Source of the DNA: Paraspadella gotoi
Lineage: Eukaryota > Animalia > Chaetognatha
Length of the DNA: 64,000 nucleotides
Assembly: GCA_051294375.1 (NCBI GenBank)
Contig: CM119267.1
Span: forward strand, 21,949,486 to 22,013,485
Direction: 5' to 3'
Within the stretch, counting starts at the first letter, position 1. The number at the start of each line of letters is the position of its first letter. Below are positions 59,761 through 64,000 of the stretch, in pieces. The notes under the pieces were generated by a model. That model did not search any database. It had not been told where the DNA came from and worked only from the letters and a program-made list of their open reading frames with translations. A program made the position numbers and the translations under genes.

Positions 59761-61038
59761 TCATTTGGAAGGCGATGACCCCCTTCTCCCCGCTCCCTTC
59801 ACCCTCTTCATTATCGCCAAACCCCAAAAGTCCACGATCTCCACGAAGCTGATGAGGGATCCTCCAAGGAAGATGCCCGAATATCCGCCGACGGTGGCGA
59901 ACAATTGGCGCACCGAAGGCCTCGTCGACGTCTCATCCACCAGATCGTAGGAGGCGTCGGGGAGGAAGACGCAGAGAAAAGGCGTTGAGTCGACGAAGTG
60001 TTTGGGAGATGTCGAGATGGAGACGGCGTAGTCGACGCGGTTGCAACTGGTTTTTTGAATACGTGATTGGGCATTGGGAAAATTGTTATTATATTATTTT
60101 TATAATAAAACAAAAAATTGTAAAAATCCGGATTTTATGCACCTCTGGCTCTTCTCGTTCCGATCGTCATAACAATTTTCGGACGCTACGGTTTTTCTAA
60201 TCGATAATCTAACAAAGTTGTTGGCGTCATTGGTCAATTCGAAATTGATGTTTTCTTTATTCTCGGTTTGTTTTCGATTTTTTTGCGGTTCCATGTCTGC
60301 TTGAAGTGAACGGTGAGTGGTTCCTGAAGATTTTGTAAGGATAAAAATGTATTAAAGTGGATAAAGATAATTGGGATCTCACTTGTTTAATTTATTTCAC
60401 TGACCTTCTCGGCTTCTTTAGAGAAATAGAGAAAAAAACCTTTCTTTCTCCCAGCAGAAAATATCCCCGGTGAACTGAGCATCTTCACAGTTTCACAGAA
60501 TATTTCTTCGGTTTCGTTAAATGTTTTTGAAATATCGAACGGAGAGTTATCACTTCTAGGAATATAAGTTTTACCGCCGAAACTAATCGTATTGATGAAC
60601 ACAAAGGATTTGTTATCATTCGTCAAGAGAGACTTGGAACTTTGGTTTACAGTTGCAACAAAAGAGTCGATGGTCGAAATCTCATTGCTGGCTGCCAGAT
60701 GAGTACAAACGTCGATGGCAGGGAACAGTTCGTAATCCGAAGGCGTCAGTTCTTCTGTCCAGATCTTAAAATAAGTTCGAGGATAGTTGAAATCGTAAAC
60801 GTCCAGCAGAGTCATGCAAAGAAATGCGTATCCTAAATTTTTTTTAAAAATTAAGGAATTTACTTTTTACCAATATTTCTGCCGCTGCTGAAACCCTACC
60901 AGACGCGTAAACGATGCAGAACCAGAAAAATCTTGCAACGGCAGGCTTCTCTCGGTCCACAATGTGTCTGTAACCATGGCAGGACCACGTTTTGTAAAAC
61001 AACCTTAAATTCTCTATGTACCATCGAAGGCAACCCAT
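59761..61038 (-). CDS. DEG/ENaC-family channel subunit B, compact, ~344 aa, 4 exons
   Basis: complement(join(59761-60046, 60143-60323, 60405-60832, 60900-61038)). N-terminal WSCHGY (HG motif), TM1 RFFWFCIVYASGYAFLC, FPAIDVC, TM2 FATVGGYSGIFLGGSLISFVEIVDF. One apparent 1-nt indel in exon 3, which contains A runs. Confidence 0.85.
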
Positions 61039-61416
61039 TTTGTTTTTATTGATTTTATTGGGTAAAAAATGTTAAGATTTTATCGATTCTGCGAAAGGAG
61101 AGATAGAAAGCAAACATACAAGCTTTTCCTTATAACAAAATGGGAAATTTTCAATAAGAATTTTTTTAAAAGTTTCAATTGTACGTACATGGTTTTTATA
61201 GCAATTAAAAAAAAAAAGAGAAAAGTCACGGCGGTATGCAGTGTAGCTTACACGGTGCCACAAAGCTACTGGCTTTCAATTTTAATGCCTCCTCGAAAAA
61301 CCATCATGTGCGAATAAAAAATTGATCTACTTAGCTCAAAAACACAATCAAAATGAGACTGGTCTCGCCGGTCGAGAGATCTCCGGCGTTCCAGGCGATT
61401 TGTTCAACGTCAAAAC

Positions 61417-62774
<1,358 letters not shown>

Positions 62775-63469
62775 TTTGTTTTCACTAAAGTATGATTCGG
62801 GAAAAAATAGAGGAAATTCTTCGGGATCACTGGAAGGACAACGTTGTAAATTTTATGTGGATCAAACGTTTTTTTGTGCTTTTTTTTTCTCTCTGTTTTT
62901 ATTTTTTTCTCGTCAAGTCAAACAAAAGTCGGTCATTAAAAAAAAAAGAGGAAAAAAGGAAAGTAGAAAAGAAGAGGAATCTAGAGTAAACAGTTTTATC
63001 TAGTTTATCACGCGAGCGGTGTTAATATCCGCCGAGTTTCGCCCCGGGTGGCTTCGCTGCAAAGAATTAAAAAAGAGTCGATACCTGCTTTTCTAGCTAC
63101 GTGACTCGCAATAGAGCTAATACATTATGTTTAATTACAACAAATATACATAGTTCCTCACCTTTCTNNNNNNNNNNNNNNNNNNNNNNNNNCTAGCTTT
63201 TTTATCTTTTTTAACTTTTGGGCGGATTTGACTCAGTGACATTGCCTATGAATCATAGTAATTGTACTTCGTTGAGTAAAGCCATTATTCTTATATTCAT
63301 ACAACAAATCAAAGTTTTTTCAAACAATGCTTTATTGCTTTATTGCTTTATTGCTTCATTCACTTTAAAACCGTACTATCCTCGCACTCCGATCGATGAT
63401 TCAATAAAATCTTCACGAATTAGTTCAATCCTCCATTTTGTCGCGTCCACAATTGAGCTTAATTCTCCG

Positions 63470-63830
63470 CATCCTCCTCTTATCCAACACCCACTCCTCC
63501 CACCTTCACGCCTCCACCTTCTCACCCCACTTCTTCTTACTCTACACCCACTCCTCCCACCTTCACGCCTCACCTCTCCAACCCCACCTTCTTCTTACTC
63601 ACACCCACTTCCTCCCACCTTCACGCCTCCCTTCTCCAACCCCACCTTCTTCTTACTCTACCACCCACTCCTCCCACTTCACGCCTCCACCTTCTCCAAC
63701 CCCACTTCTTCTACTCTACACCCACTCCTCCCCCTTCACGCCTCACCTTCTCAACACCCACCTTCTTTTCTTACTCTACCACCATCTCCCTCCCACCTTC
63801 ACGCCCCTCCCACCTTCTCCCAACCCGACC
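63470..63830. repeat. ~59-bp C-rich minisatellite, about 6 copies
   Basis: Unit resembles actctacacccactcctcccaccttcacgcctccaccttctccaaccccacttcttctt; explains ORFs 63218-63919 and 63438-63989. Confidence 0.9.
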
Positions 63831-63893
63831 CCTCTTCCTCTTCCTCCACCAAACCATATATCTCGCAACTGCAAAACTCGAAAAATTTCCAAG

Positions 63894-63984
63894 GCGCTGA
63901 TGAGGAGACCGCCCACTAGAGACCCGCGTAGCCTCGACAGGCGGCGAAGAAGGCGCGGAAGGTTCGGGCCTGATGGGACCTACG
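63894..63984 (+). CDS. Possible next unc-80 exon
   Basis: GC-rich island between ttccaag| and |gttaaa; no diagnostic motif recognised. Confidence 0.3.
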
Positions 63985-64000
63985 GTTAAATGGATCATTT

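Overview
Eukaryotic (invertebrate metazoan-like) draft-assembly DNA with AT-rich introns, CpG-rich exons, abundant (GA/CT)n and (GAC)n microsatellites and seven N gaps; most of the supplied ORFs are low-complexity noise. The window is dominated by a large, many-exon unc-80 gene (NALCN channel-complex subunit) on the + strand. It starts at 14043 and should run off the right end. Its 5' exon block appears about three times between 25-N gaps, most likely an assembly artefact. Three antisense genes lie in its introns. One is a 4-exon DNMT3-type C5 cytosine methyltransferase (46193-48898) with all catalytic motifs, no visible PWWP or ADD domain, and three clustered CxVxL motifs resembling HP1-chromoshadow ligands. 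The other two are tandem 4-exon DEG/ENaC channel genes (59761-62774) of only about 330-345 aa that appear to lack the cysteine-rich thumb domain. Also present: a tRNA-derived SINE family, a MITE-like family with telomere-like internal repeats, a DINE-1/HINE-like element, a foldback element and several minisatellites. All gene models were assembled by eye; family comparisons rest on recalled sequences, not database searches.
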